A stretch of DNA of 64,000 nt from an uncultured virus (IMG/VR IMGVR_UViG_3300025894_000009) (lineage: Duplodnaviria; Heunggongvirae; Uroviricota; Caudoviricetes), in IMG/VR virus record IMGVR_UViG_3300025894_000009; one strand, given 5' to 3'. Positions 44,057 through 54,831 of this stretch are shown piece after piece. The notes under the pieces were generated by a model that was not told the DNA's origin, ran no database searches, and saw only the letters and a program-made list of their open reading frames with translations. Position numbers and translations under genes: made by a program. Position 1 is the stretch's first letter; the number at the start of each line of letters is the position of its first letter.

Positions 44057-45688
44057 TTATGTCTCTAGGGTTAACGCGGTGAGTGTTACCTGAACTGTTC
44101 CAGTTGATCCAGTATTATTCTGTACTGCAACAGGAACATTCGATTCTGAATTATCTAACCAACCCATTACGGCTGGTGTTACTCTAAGCGTACCAGAGCC
44201 CGTGAATATACCTTCTGCAATCACACCAGAACCTTCAGCAGGATCTTGGCCCTGTGTTCTACCTGCATCAGCAGTCCTAGAAGCAGTATCCGAGTATATT
44301 CGAACCCAAGCCGCGCCGTTAGATTGTATTTTATAGAGTGAGTAGGATTTGCCAATGGTAGTAAATTCAATATTACCGGATGCGCCGTCTGCAATAGAAG
44401 CAGTTGTTTGTGCTTCAGTGTTTCTTGAGGCACTGCCACCACCTCCGCCACCTGCGGCAGCTTCAACAGTAATTGTTCCCAACATGGCACCGTGAGCAGT
44501 ACAAATATATTGAAAGTCCCCTGATAGATCGGCGGGAACCTTCCAATAGAGAGTTCCACCGTAAGCACCACCGCCGGAGAAATCAGTATATACATTACCA
44601 CTTGTCAGTTCGAAAATACCATCTGATATGTCTGAACCGCCAGTAGTCTGGATTTTAAATGGATGGGTACCACCAGAGTCATAAGTCAAATCGAATCCGA
44701 CTGTTGTGCCGGCTTTCACATAAATTGTTGGATTATCAGTAGTTCCGTATTGATCAAACCGATAAGCAGTAGAACCATTAGCTGTCACTGTTAATACAGT
44801 TGATGCATTTTTCCAAATATTTTCAAATATCACTTGATCTGATTGTGAAGCAGGCTGATCTGAGATTGAAGCAAAACTTGGACTAAGAGCAAAATTTGCC
44901 CAATCATTACCATTCCATTGTAATATCTGATTCGTTTGGACATTCGATATGTCTGTATCGGTAAGACCGTCGAGTGTACCGCCACCACCACCAGAAATTG
45001 TGGTGAATTCCAAGCCGTCAGCACCAGAGTTAACTACAAGTGCCTGACCAGCGGTCCCGTATGATGCTGGGGTATCGGTAAGGTCGAGTAAAGTACCCCC
45101 ACCACCTCCTGTGGCGTCCGTTAGGTTGGTCCAAACAGAACCATTATATTTTAATACCTGACCATTAGAAGCAGAACTAATTGTAACATCTGACAAATCT
45201 GCAAGGTTTGTTGCACCACCACCACCGGCATTTGCAACCCAGGTATATGTCCCATCGTTATTTGTTTTAAGAACATAATCGGCAACTTCAAGATTTGTGA
45301 TATTATCGCCATATACATATGCACTCAAAGGATCAGTATAATTTGTTACTGCGCCTCCAGAAGTATCTGTCAACACTTTTCGCCATGCTCCATGGCAGTA
45401 ATAGAGAGCACCGGTATCATGTGCGTGTGCTATTACCCCGTGGTGGGTGCCAGTATTTAATGCGAGAACCTCGGCTTCCGTGTCATAAAGAAAAGAAATT
45501 TTATTGGCGGTATTCAGTAATTCAATCTCACCACCAGAATTTACAATATTTACAACATTATCACCGTCTGGTCCAAGCGCAGTATAGATTTCTGTGAAGT
45601 TACTATTAACATACTGCATGGCCGTGCGAATAGGATCACCTGTCCCATCATTGGGGACCGCGCCTACATTTATGGTATCCTTTGCCAT
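44057..45688 (-). CDS. gp9/gp10-like baseplate tail-fibre connector with fibre repeats and a cupredoxin-like domain
   Basis: N-terminus TINVGAVPNDGTGDPIRTAMQYVNSNFTEIY (gp9/gp10 signature), LxDLxDV..GQVLKYNGSxW repeats, and GTHPF...YICTAHGAMLG. Confidence 0.75.
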   Translation of the reverse strand: MAKDTINVGAVPNDGTGDPIRTAMQYVNSNFTEIYTALGPDGDNVVNIVNSGGEIELLNTANKISFLYDTEAEVLALNTGTHHGVIAHAHDTGALYYCHGAWRKVLTDTSGGAVTNYTDPLSAYVYGDNITNLEVADYVLKTNNDGTYTWVANAGGGGATNLADLSDVTISSASNGQVLKYNGSVWTNLTDATGGGGGTLLDLTDTPASYGTAGQALVVNSGADGLEFTTISGGGGGTLDGLTDTDISNVQTNQILQWNGNDWANFALSPSFASISDQPASQSDQVIFENIWKNASTVLTVTANGSTAYRFDQYGTTDNPTIYVKAGTTVGFDLTYDSGGTHPFKIQTTGGSDISDGIFELTSGNVYTDFSGGGAYGGTLYWKVPADLSGDFQYICTAHGAMLGTITVEAAAGGGGGGSASRNTEAQTTASIADGASGNIEFTTIGKSYSLYKIQSNGAAWVRIYSDTASRTADAGRTQGQDPAEGSGVIAEGIFTGSGTLRVTPAVMGWLDNSESNVPVAVQNNTGSTGTVQVTLTALTLET

Positions 45689-45715
45689 GTGTTCTCCAAA
45701 AATTTTTGTATTAGT

Positions 45716-45723
45716 TATTTATT
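45716..45723 (-). promoter_or_regulatory. Late promoter variant AATAAATA
   Basis: Intergenic, overlapping the gp7 stop, upstream of the GGAGA RBS of the gp9-like gene. Confidence 0.5.
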
Positions 45724-47959
45724 ATGATGGTACATTGTCTGATGTAAGTTCATCTGAATCTACAGTAAAGTTTAAAATATCTGTAGTGATTTCATCGAGA
45801 GGCTGTGTATCTAATATCGAGCCTGTGCCATCATCATTAAAGAATCGAATAAATCTATGACTAAGTGTAATGCCAGCCTTGGTCTTGAACAAAAATTGAT
45901 TAAATACCTTTGTGCCGGCCAAATGTACACTTTCTTTTAATGCTGGTATGTAATCTTTTGGATTGACCATAGATTTCAATTCATAGGAATACTCTTGGAA
46001 GTAATCGCTATCCTGCACTCTTTGCTTACTGTCGTAATATGAAAGTGCCCCTAGCTCAGATTCTTGATATCCATTCAAATGAGAATTGAATGAAGACCAG
46101 TAGCCAGAATTCGTTCCCTGAGTTGTTGCCGTAACAACACCTTCAGCAGCAACATTTCCAGATGTATCAATTAGTTCCACACGAATTCCATTTGGATATC
46201 CAAATCCAGAGCTGAATACAGATACTTTTTCTACAGTACCTATCTCAAACGAAACCGGAGATGCCACCTCAGCATTCTGGCCTAGAAGTTCTGTGGTATA
46301 ATTCGTCTCAGATGAAACTGTTGCATATTCTACCTGACCACCTCTTAATATATTATACACACTAGACTGAAACCCATAATAGGTATAAGGAGTTATGACA
46401 AGATATCCGGCAGCATTGACCTCGCGAACTATACCAGTCTTGCCAGTGGCGACCTCTGTGATGATTTCACCAACTTTAAAGTCAAATACCTCTGTGGGTT
46501 CGTCTAAAATAATATTCTGATCTCGTCGACCAAATCCAGCAAACACACGATCTTGTACCAAAGAGAAAACATCATTGACATAACCGGTGCCGGGATCAAC
46601 GTTGGCAAAATCTACAATGGTACCAATGTTGAATTCTGTGAGATCGAATGCTTGATTTAATGGAGTACTTAAATTTACGGGTGATGCTGTTCCCGACATT
46701 GGGTCGACAAGTCCGTAGTCAGAAGCATTCAAGGTAACAGCAACGTATGGAGTAATAACATCAGCAATTAGATTTACAGTTTCTATATTAGTTAATGCAT
46801 CGACCTTTACATCAAGGGGATCGTCGGTGTCTGGAAATAGATCACCAGGTCCAGAAGCATTATATGTAGAGAAACCAACCGGCGCTAATTGAAAGTTTGC
46901 AGCACGATCTACAGTAGAAATCGCACTCGCTGCGCTAAATGTGGTTCCAGTATCTATTCTTACTGCGACAAGAGATTCTGTCTGTCCAGTAACAATACCA
47001 GAGGTTCCAGCTGCATCTGTCAATCTTTCATAGTTGTTGAAGATCTTATCTGGATTGGTTAAAAGAATTAATTGATTCGATGATAATAATCTAGTATTCT
47101 CTATCGTATAGCCCCACCCACCATCTCTAAGGGTGTATTTAATCTGCCCGTCAAATTCTTCTGAAATCTGTGTCGCGACTGCTGCACCACCAACCCCTGA
47201 TATTGATCTAACTTCATATAGATCACCAATTTCATTTCCTACCGTGCCGAAGAAATCTAAATCGATTTCAATTTCATTCATTGACCCGTCTACGAAACCG
47301 AACCCGATTTGTTCACCATCGACAACAGTGATTAGCTCATCATATTTTTCGAAGGATCCTTTCACGTCATCGATATAGATGATGGGCACAAATTCGCCAT
47401 TGAGTAGAATCGTATTGATTTTATCAACGGCAGCCTTGGCGTCACTAAATGACCCTCTAATGTTTCGAGAGAGCAGTGCTTCGTAATTGTATTTTTTACC
47501 ACTGGCCGAAATAAAAGTGTTATTATTAGGAAATAATTGTAGATAATTACCTGTCTTCCATTTAGAATCAGATATTTTCATCATCTGTGATGCTGGATAT
47601 GAAATTTCTACGTCTTTATTGTAGAACATTCTAAAGAATACTTCGATGCCTTCAGGCGTTCCTTTTCTTCTATAAAGGTCTAATATATTTCTGACTAGAA
47701 TTTTAATCGTGGCTTCATTATATGGCAGGTCAGCCATATATTTGTTTTTGAAGTGTACGAGCATGGAATCGAGAGTAGTTGCAATATCACGATATTCAAA
47801 AAATCTTCGTGACACATATATCGATTGATTTGTAGTGCTCTCAAGCCACTTATAATATTCTTCTGTAAGAGCTATTAATTCTGCTCCGCTTTCTTGATAG
47901 ACAGCAGGAAATTGCTGCTTTATAAACAGCGATACATTTTTATCTACGACACCTACCAT
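45722..47959 (-). CDS. gp7: Baseplate wedge initiator gp7-like
   Basis: QQFPAVY..EEYYKWLE, LYRRKGTPEGIEVFFRMFY, RVQDSDYFQEYSYEL..VHLAGTKVF. Follows gp6. Confidence 0.8.
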   Translation of the reverse strand: MVGVVDKNVSLFIKQQFPAVYQESGAELIALTEEYYKWLESTTNQSIYVSRRFFEYRDIATTLDSMLVHFKNKYMADLPYNEATIKILVRNILDLYRRKGTPEGIEVFFRMFYNKDVEISYPASQMMKISDSKWKTGNYLQLFPNNNTFISASGKKYNYEALLSRNIRGSFSDAKAAVDKINTILLNGEFVPIIYIDDVKGSFEKYDELITVVDGEQIGFGFVDGSMNEIEIDLDFFGTVGNEIGDLYEVRSISGVGGAAVATQISEEFDGQIKYTLRDGGWGYTIENTRLLSSNQLILLTNPDKIFNNYERLTDAAGTSGIVTGQTESLVAVRIDTGTTFSAASAISTVDRAANFQLAPVGFSTYNASGPGDLFPDTDDPLDVKVDALTNIETVNLIADVITPYVAVTLNASDYGLVDPMSGTASPVNLSTPLNQAFDLTEFNIGTIVDFANVDPGTGYVNDVFSLVQDRVFAGFGRRDQNIILDEPTEVFDFKVGEIITEVATGKTGIVREVNAAGYLVITPYTYYGFQSSVYNILRGGQVEYATVSSETNYTTELLGQNAEVASPVSFEIGTVEKVSVFSSGFGYPNGIRVELIDTSGNVAAEGVVTATTQGTNSGYWSSFNSHLNGYQESELGALSYYDSKQRVQDSDYFQEYSYELKSMVNPKDYIPALKESVHLAGTKVFNQFLFKTKAGITLSHRFIRFFNDDGTGSILDTQPLDEITTDILNFTVDSDELTSDNVPS

Positions 47960-47970
47960 CTTTAATTACC

Positions 47971-49809
47971 TTAAGTATAATTTTTCGACGTATCTACTGT
48001 AGCAGTTTTTTGTTCTGCCAAATTCATATTGATTACGACATCAGTATCTCTAATGATGAATATTCTGCCTTTCGGTGCCGTAACATCTTGATCCACGGTA
48101 TTTGCGAATATCTTAATACCGGAACCGTCAAATTTCTGGACCACAAAATCAACAAGTCTTACTTCACCAGTATCATAGTCGACCGTACCTGCATTTGGTT
48201 TGATTACCTGTTGATTATTGTCATCGTCTGTTACTATTTGAATGTTACCAAGACCATCATCTTGTATATAAACACATATATCATTTAGATCAAAGGGGCT
48301 ACTGACAATCGCAGGCTTGTAGCCAGTGAAACCGTTTGTTTCTCTAAATGCGTATGGTCGAATCAATGAGGCATTAAATTGGAATCGAGGATTACCTTTA
48401 ACATTTAATGCAGGAGCATATTCAATGATGGGCCGTAACTTAATACTTGTACTTTGTATTGCTGTATCGACATTATCGATAGAATTAGACAGTCGAGATA
48501 TACGAAGTGTCTTATTAAAATCTTCTAGACTATCATCTGAGTATTTACCAATTGCTGTACGGATCAGAGCTTCTAATTCACTAGCAGACTTAGATGTTTG
48601 TTTGCCTGTATATGAAATATCAATATAAAGATCTGCATAGACGAACTGTGTTTGGACAAAGATAGGTTCGATAGACAATGGACTACGATCAGAAAGATAT
48701 TCGATATAAGAGTTCGCCAAGGTCTGAGAAATACTTGTCGTGTCGTCTGTGAGATAGACAGAAATTGCTACCTTACCAAATTGAGGCGGATCTAATTCAT
48801 CACCACCATACACAGACACAGAAGTGATTTCTGGAAATCTTTGTTTTAAAAGTATCTCATAATCCTTTGTTGTAATGGCTCTTTCTTGAATCTGAATTGA
48901 CTTCGGAGCATTGAATCTAATTGATTCCAGGCCTTCGCGTTCTTCTCCACCCAAGGATGGAGTTATAGTTTCAACAGAGATGGATGCATTCTCAATAAAA
49001 TTAGCAGTGAAGTTAGTGATATTATTACCTTCCGCACCAGAACAAATTCTATATCGGACACGAACATCTTCGAATTCTTCTGGCTGTAAACCAAATTCAT
49101 TGGCACCAAAATATACGGAATACCGATCGTCGAAGTATGGTTCTACATAAAACACTTTGTCTAGAGGCGCAACGCCATAGATGTCTTTGGCATATGTAAA
49201 GATATTCTGATTATCTGTCGCTTCTGCGTCAACATATACAACCAATGAATCAGTATCGAGATTATCATTAGAAAGTGCTACCCTGAGAACACCATCTGCA
49301 TCTACGATGAAGCCTTCCCTCTGGAAGCTCTCTAGCATCTGGCCTTCGAAGATCGTGATCACATCTGTCTGATAAACACCAACAGCTATTCGTTTGGCAA
49401 TATACGCCTCATCTGTCACAAACGCAAATGAATCTCCCAAGTATGTTGCATTAAAAACAGAATATTCTGGGATGGTGATTGTCTGTGCTATTTCATCTTC
49501 CTTTGTGATTGTGACAATCACTTCGGCTCTTGCAGACTTTCTAGACCGAGGTAAATAATTGAGTTCTTTGGCGTGAGAGACAAGGGAATTTTTAAGAGAG
49601 GCAGTATCGAGAAACATTTCATTGATTGCCATGTTCGTATAAAAGTTATTCATAAACGTATTATACGATAAGACATCAAGCAACGCACTTAAATTCGAAC
49701 CTTCGAAATTATAGTCTTTGAACTGCGTCTGTGTTTGAAGGTATGTTTTTAATTGTGTTTTGATACCATCAAAATCTAGTTCCGTTATGGGAGTTTTTAC
49801 CTCTGCCAT
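47971..49809 (-). CDS. gp6: Baseplate wedge subunit gp6
   Basis: ELDFDGIKTQLKTYL..FKDYNFEGSNLSALLDVLSYNT, QERAITTKDY, VYGGDELDPPQFGKV. Confidence 0.92.
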   Translation of the reverse strand: MAEVKTPITELDFDGIKTQLKTYLQTQTQFKDYNFEGSNLSALLDVLSYNTFMNNFYTNMAINEMFLDTASLKNSLVSHAKELNYLPRSRKSARAEVIVTITKEDEIAQTITIPEYSVFNATYLGDSFAFVTDEAYIAKRIAVGVYQTDVITIFEGQMLESFQREGFIVDADGVLRVALSNDNLDTDSLVVYVDAEATDNQNIFTYAKDIYGVAPLDKVFYVEPYFDDRYSVYFGANEFGLQPEEFEDVRVRYRICSGAEGNNITNFTANFIENASISVETITPSLGGEEREGLESIRFNAPKSIQIQERAITTKDYEILLKQRFPEITSVSVYGGDELDPPQFGKVAISVYLTDDTTSISQTLANSYIEYLSDRSPLSIEPIFVQTQFVYADLYIDISYTGKQTSKSASELEALIRTAIGKYSDDSLEDFNKTLRISRLSNSIDNVDTAIQSTSIKLRPIIEYAPALNVKGNPRFQFNASLIRPYAFRETNGFTGYKPAIVSSPFDLNDICVYIQDDGLGNIQIVTDDDNNQQVIKPNAGTVDYDTGEVRLVDFVVQKFDGSGIKIFANTVDQDVTAPKGRIFIIRDTDVVINMNLAEQKTATVDTSKNYT

Positions 49810-49810
49810 T

Positions 49811-50233
49811 TTATCTAATCCTTTCTAAAATCACATCTAGTGTGATTGGCTGTTGTCTGTTTCGAATATAAAATGTCACTTGGACACTTACGACATTATC
49901 ATCTATCTGAGAAGATACTGAAATATCAATCAATTCTGCTCTGGGTTCATATACTTCAATTGTTGTTTGTACTTTATTTTTAATTAACTTCAATGTGGCT
50001 GGAGACATATTCTCGAACAGCATTTCACGAATACCACCACCAAGAAATGGTTGCATGGGCCGCTCGCCCGGATCTGTCAGCAACAGATTCTTGATTGACT
50101 CTTTTACTGCGTCTTCGTCCCTTAACATTACGATATCTTCGGACAGAGGACTTGTAAGCAAATCTTTTCTGAAATCAGAATATAGATTTACCTTCTTTGT
50201 CTGTGGCGTAAATAAGTCTATTGCTGTAGGCAT
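49811..50233 (-). CDS. gp25: Baseplate wedge subunit gp25
   Basis: DAVKESIKNLLLTDPGERPMQPFLG..LFEN..YEPRAEL. Confidence 0.92.
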   Translation of the reverse strand: MPTAIDLFTPQTKKVNLYSDFRKDLLTSPLSEDIVMLRDEDAVKESIKNLLLTDPGERPMQPFLGGGIREMLFENMSPATLKLIKNKVQTTIEVYEPRAELIDISVSSQIDDNVVSVQVTFYIRNRQQPITLDVILERIR

Positions 50234-51783
50234 TAACTTGGTCTCCGTCTCGCATCGAGATGTATATCACCCGAATCTAAGAATCGCACGTGTTTAAATC
50301 CAACTTTATAAGCTAAATTTGTAAATGTCTGTTCATCGTCACCGATTGCTTTGATATCTACAACCTTACCACTCATATGTGTCGATTCCGGTGATGCTTC
50401 AATCTTTTTATTATATTGTTGGGTTCGATATCCTGATGTAATTTCGAGCTTAGAACCAAGTTCTTTCGAAAGTCTCACCAGATAGACCTTTACATCAAGA
50501 TCTATATTTACGTACCCTTCTAGCCCACAATCTTCGTCTGATACCCAATCGCCCGAAATACCTATGGTTCCATCTGTACCTTGTTTTACTGCTTTACAGC
50601 TCGGTAGAGACGAATACTCAGCTATTGTTATTCTCTTCACATTTATAGGATCTTCCCCAGTCGGGGTGATTGCCTTACCATTTTCAGGTGTGAATTTTCT
50701 CTCTAGCTTTTCAGTTTCCTCTTTCATCGTTTCTTCAGACATTCGAACACCACCACCTTGAATGGCAGAAGATGTATTGATGTTAGAAATAATCTTAAGT
50801 CTATTTGCTATATTAGAATATTTATTTGCAAAGTTGTCAAGGGGTCCCTTGATTTGGTTCATCAACGCCTCTATGTTGAAAACAAATGCACAAAAACGAG
50901 AAATCAGATAGAATAATTCTTCAATATTAGGATTTTCGAATAGACCAACAGCATAATCGATCAATGCTTTGAATTTATCTGATATTTTCTTCTTATTCTC
51001 GTCATTAAAAAATAAACACATTCTTTCTTTTTGCGTCATTATTTTTTTGACAATCTGTTCATTGATAAAGGTAGAGACATCACCGATGACACTTTCGATA
51101 TTAAAGTTTTCGATTGCACTTCGGATTTCATCAAACGCCTTCATCATACCTTCAATCAACTGTTTTTTAAGCTTTTCGATCAAAGCCTTGACAGTAGCCT
51201 TCTGGATTGCCGCTTTAATTATATCATCCAAATCTCGGACCTTGGTCAGAAATTCCAATGCATCTTTAATGAGACCTTCTGCTGTACCTATAAGTGTAAA
51301 GAAACCTTGGATTTGTGCAAAGAAGGCCGGCATCTGAGCACACAAACCACCCAAAGAACTTTGTGCGAAAGAACCTTGATAATAAGAATTCAAGTTACCT
51401 AATAAACCAGATTGATCTTGTGATGCCTTATTAATACAGTCTATCGGAGTTAGATTATAATCAGTTAGAAATGATGCATATTCTAATGAAGAAATCGGGC
51501 CGGAATCAAGTCGTTTGCATAATTCGGGGTATAATACCGGATTACACGAACGAAGGAATGAATTTAGATTTTGCTGACCTTCGTTGAATGTTTCTCCGTA
51601 TTTCCTTGATGCTATCGAGATAGGGTTCGAATCTGCTTCATCTATTATATTTTGCTCTAATGCATCAGAGAAAGCTTGAATTTGTCTGAAGGTATAATTA
51701 CCCCTACTGTTAATTGTCGGGCCAGTAGGCGCAGCCAGTTTATTCTGTAGGGTTATATTTGTATCGTCAGCACATATTTCCAT
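50233..51783 (-). CDS. Baseplate-associated protein with C-terminal Peptidase M15A (Zn, Hedgehog/DD-peptidase fold) domain
   Basis: ITSGYRTQQYNKKI..STHMSGKVVDI..DIHLD gives the H-x6-D...H zinc ligands. Long helical N-terminal region. Confidence 0.75.
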   Translation of the reverse strand: MEICADDTNITLQNKLAAPTGPTINSRGNYTFRQIQAFSDALEQNIIDEADSNPISIASRKYGETFNEGQQNLNSFLRSCNPVLYPELCKRLDSGPISSLEYASFLTDYNLTPIDCINKASQDQSGLLGNLNSYYQGSFAQSSLGGLCAQMPAFFAQIQGFFTLIGTAEGLIKDALEFLTKVRDLDDIIKAAIQKATVKALIEKLKKQLIEGMMKAFDEIRSAIENFNIESVIGDVSTFINEQIVKKIMTQKERMCLFFNDENKKKISDKFKALIDYAVGLFENPNIEELFYLISRFCAFVFNIEALMNQIKGPLDNFANKYSNIANRLKIISNINTSSAIQGGGVRMSEETMKEETEKLERKFTPENGKAITPTGEDPINVKRITIAEYSSLPSCKAVKQGTDGTIGISGDWVSDEDCGLEGYVNIDLDVKVYLVRLSKELGSKLEITSGYRTQQYNKKIEASPESTHMSGKVVDIKAIGDDEQTFTNLAYKVGFKHVRFLDSGDIHLDARRRPS

Positions 51784-51785
51784 CT

Positions 51786-53483
51786 TTAATCTCCCAACGC
51801 AGCAGTAAAGCCTGCCTGATTTCTAGATCCGCAGATCGCACGATCTATAATTGAAGTAGATTTGCCCGGAGGCTCTGGCATTGTAACAGATACAGCATCA
51901 AGAGATGGTAAACCTAGGATACTAATACCAGGCACATCGAGTGGAATGAAAGTGGGGACAGCCGGAGATGCTCCCATGCCAATATTCACAATTGATCCAT
52001 CAAGGTTCGTTATCCCTCCAGCAGAAAGATTCATTGCGGCTCCTGCGGTAGCACTAAAGGCTGCTCCAGCCAATAAATTCATTGCACCACCAACCGAGAA
52101 GTCCATCACGCCACCAGTCTTAATTGACATGGCGCCACCTGTATTAATAGAACTAGTACCGCCCACATTGAATGATAAGGTTCCACCTGTGCTTATATTT
52201 GTTTTGACACCCGAAAGAACATTGATACCTTGTGTAATGCCTGGGGCATTCAGTGGTGGTGTTCCTATTGGCAAACCAAGTACTGGAGTGAAAGAAGGTA
52301 TTGCCCCGGTCATGCCTATGAATAGATTGCTACCAGTCATATGGGTATCAATGATAGACGTTATTTTAGTAAATAAACCACTGAATGACTCTACACTATA
52401 ATAGCCAGTGGTGAAAACCTTGTTCCCTGTGATCTTAATGTCACCGCCGTCTGGGCCAGGAGCACCAGTGAGACTTGGCACACCCGGAGTGAAACCGGAA
52501 GCACCAAGAAATAATTCTTTAACAGCTTTCAGAGATGCAGTCGATTTGGCTTCAATCTTGACATCACCACCTCGAGCTTCTAACATCTCGGCGTTCAGAT
52601 ACATTGCAGATCCAACACCAAATTCAGCATTACCTCTGACGATCAATCGATAATCACCTTCGATTTCTTCTGTCTTATTACCCTTAACATACACATGAGC
52701 ATTGCCACCGATCGTCACGTAGTGGTTACATCCGTCACCTGTTGCCTGGTGATGACTTCCATCTGTCACATCAAAACGATCACCTACCGCCTTCTGAGTA
52801 ACTGTACCAACAGAATCGATCTGAACAAATGAACCAGATTTATGGTGGATCATAATCCGTTCGCCGTCTGGCGTATCATCCAACTCAATTGAATGATGGG
52901 CTGTTTCGATTACTTTATTGTGAGGATACTGGGCATTATATGCTGTTGAGGGTTCAGACCACGTCTCGTGTTTTGATTCCATGTCACTTTCGTCTTTAGT
53001 GCCAGCAATCTTTTGGTCTTCCAAGCGCCCTAGTTCTTGACCCAAAACATATGTCTGGTCAATATATTCGCCTCTAGCAAGACGAGACATAGAAGGTTGG
53101 CCAACATCTCGGGGCCTCGACCCTTTTGACAATTCATCTCCATTGCGATGAGGTATGACACCCCACCCATTTTTCTCTGGATCTAAGCCATCTTTTAAAT
53201 ACTGACCTGGAATCAGACCCAATACCAATGGAGTCTGAGCGTCACGACCATCCAAAAACATGCCATAGACAAATGAATTTAATGGAGGTGGTGGTTGGCT
53301 AAGATCATAAGACCCAGAGGCAACAACAGCCCACGGCAAATCTTGAGTCGGGATTTGTCGATTATTACCATGAACTGAGAATGCACGAACCTTGACCCTT
53401 CCTTCAAGTTGAGGATCGTCGTTATTTTCTACCACTCCAATAAAAAAGAGTGGGTCTCTTATTCCAACGCCTCTTTCAACCAT
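51786..53483 (-). CDS. gp5: Baseplate hub / central spike gp5 (no lysozyme domain)
   Basis: OB-fold FIGVVENNDDPQLEGRVKVR..LPWA..GMFLDG..PLVLG, then YPHNKVIET..ELDDTPDGERI..HKSG and beta-helix repeats. Confidence 0.88.
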   Translation of the reverse strand: MVERGVGIRDPLFFIGVVENNDDPQLEGRVKVRAFSVHGNNRQIPTQDLPWAVVASGSYDLSQPPPPLNSFVYGMFLDGRDAQTPLVLGLIPGQYLKDGLDPEKNGWGVIPHRNGDELSKGSRPRDVGQPSMSRLARGEYIDQTYVLGQELGRLEDQKIAGTKDESDMESKHETWSEPSTAYNAQYPHNKVIETAHHSIELDDTPDGERIMIHHKSGSFVQIDSVGTVTQKAVGDRFDVTDGSHHQATGDGCNHYVTIGGNAHVYVKGNKTEEIEGDYRLIVRGNAEFGVGSAMYLNAEMLEARGGDVKIEAKSTASLKAVKELFLGASGFTPGVPSLTGAPGPDGGDIKITGNKVFTTGYYSVESFSGLFTKITSIIDTHMTGSNLFIGMTGAIPSFTPVLGLPIGTPPLNAPGITQGINVLSGVKTNISTGGTLSFNVGGTSSINTGGAMSIKTGGVMDFSVGGAMNLLAGAAFSATAGAAMNLSAGGITNLDGSIVNIGMGASPAVPTFIPLDVPGISILGLPSLDAVSVTMPEPPGKSTSIIDRAICGSRNQAGFTAALGD

Positions 53484-54831
53484 ACTTGACCATGACCATT
53501 CCAGTGGATAATTGAGATCCTACGATGTCGTGCGAAGTCGACAACACAAGATAGTTACCAGATAACTTTTCATTTAATGTTTGATTAGATTCTGCATCAA
53601 ACGAATTTGCCAACACATTGATAATTGCCCCCGGTTCGATATCTAATCTACCGGATGTTGTGGCTGATAATTGAGTTGCTCTCATATGATGGCTGTGAGA
53701 TAATCTGTTAGCATAAGATTGAGAATAGTATTGATCTCCCCGTAACACACCTGGGTTTGCATTGGACGCATCACGATAATCTTTAAACACTATAAATCTA
53801 GGTGCATTCTCTTCGGTGAAAGTTTCATCCATATATTCTTTGGTATGTATATCATCAGTTATCTTTCTTTTCTTTCCATCTGATGTTGTATAATCACCCA
53901 ATGCTGTATAGTCATGCAAAATCTCTTTTACTGTTCTCTCTAGCATATTAATTTCTATGGATTTATTTTTGTAGCCACCAGAGCCCATATCCACTGATGC
54001 ATCAACACGTACGTTATCCGTCATGGTTTGAATCGATGAAATTTGACCTAAAGGATCGTCACCTTCTTTTGTGACATCACTTCCATAAACCATTTTGCTT
54101 ACCATCCGAGGATTATCTGCACCTCTTTTCATTAAGAACTCATCTGTTACAAAATAATAACCAGTGAGTGTCTCAAAGAACCGATAAGAACTAGAAAGAG
54201 AATTTGAACTATAGGCTCTTGCAGATAAAAATGATAACGCCCGTTGCGGTGTATAATTTGGTATAACGGCCTTGATCTGTCCGATTGAAGGTTGTAAGTA
54301 AAATGCCCTACCTTGATTTCGCTTTAGTTCATATTTCTTTGTATCAAAAGCAAGAACCTCTTTATTTTCATTTTGATTAGTGCCTTTGGCCGGAGCAATA
54401 TCACTAAAATATTCTTTGAAAATCTTTTCTACAGCAAATGCTGCCGTTACATTATTAAAGGGCTTGATGACCTTTCTTTTTGCTGCTCTCCATGTGAGCT
54501 TTGATAAAAAGTGCAAGACATATTGTGCACCATTAGTATTTGGTAGAGGACTTATATCACTTATTCTAAAAATCTGAGCATCCAATCTTCTGACTGTACC
54601 CAAGTCATCTGCCTGAAGTTCTAAACGAAATTCTTCTTCACCTCGCAAGGGGAATTTATCCAATAGGCCTGCTGTATCTTGTACCGTAACAGTTCCTTTC
54701 CACGACACAGAATCCACCGATTGACTCAAGTGGACCTCAGTAATCAACGGTAGTATATCTCTAGAATTCTGGTCGAATCGTGTCAATTCGGCTTTCAGAA
54801 TCCTACAACTTTGAGGATTAAAGTCGCTCAT
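53476..54831 (-). CDS. Baseplate hub protein (gp27/GPD-like)
   Basis: Position between gp53 and gp5. VQDTAGLLDKFPLRGEE, YRFFETLTGYYF and LSGNYLVLSTSH motifs. Confidence 0.65.
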   Translation of the reverse strand: MSDFNPQSCRILKAELTRFDQNSRDILPLITEVHLSQSVDSVSWKGTVTVQDTAGLLDKFPLRGEEEFRLELQADDLGTVRRLDAQIFRISDISPLPNTNGAQYVLHFLSKLTWRAAKRKVIKPFNNVTAAFAVEKIFKEYFSDIAPAKGTNQNENKEVLAFDTKKYELKRNQGRAFYLQPSIGQIKAVIPNYTPQRALSFLSARAYSSNSLSSSYRFFETLTGYYFVTDEFLMKRGADNPRMVSKMVYGSDVTKEGDDPLGQISSIQTMTDNVRVDASVDMGSGGYKNKSIEINMLERTVKEILHDYTALGDYTTSDGKKRKITDDIHTKEYMDETFTEENAPRFIVFKDYRDASNANPGVLRGDQYYSQSYANRLSHSHHMRATQLSATTSGRLDIEPGAIINVLANSFDAESNQTLNEKLSGNYLVLSTSHDIVGSQLSTGMVMVKYG

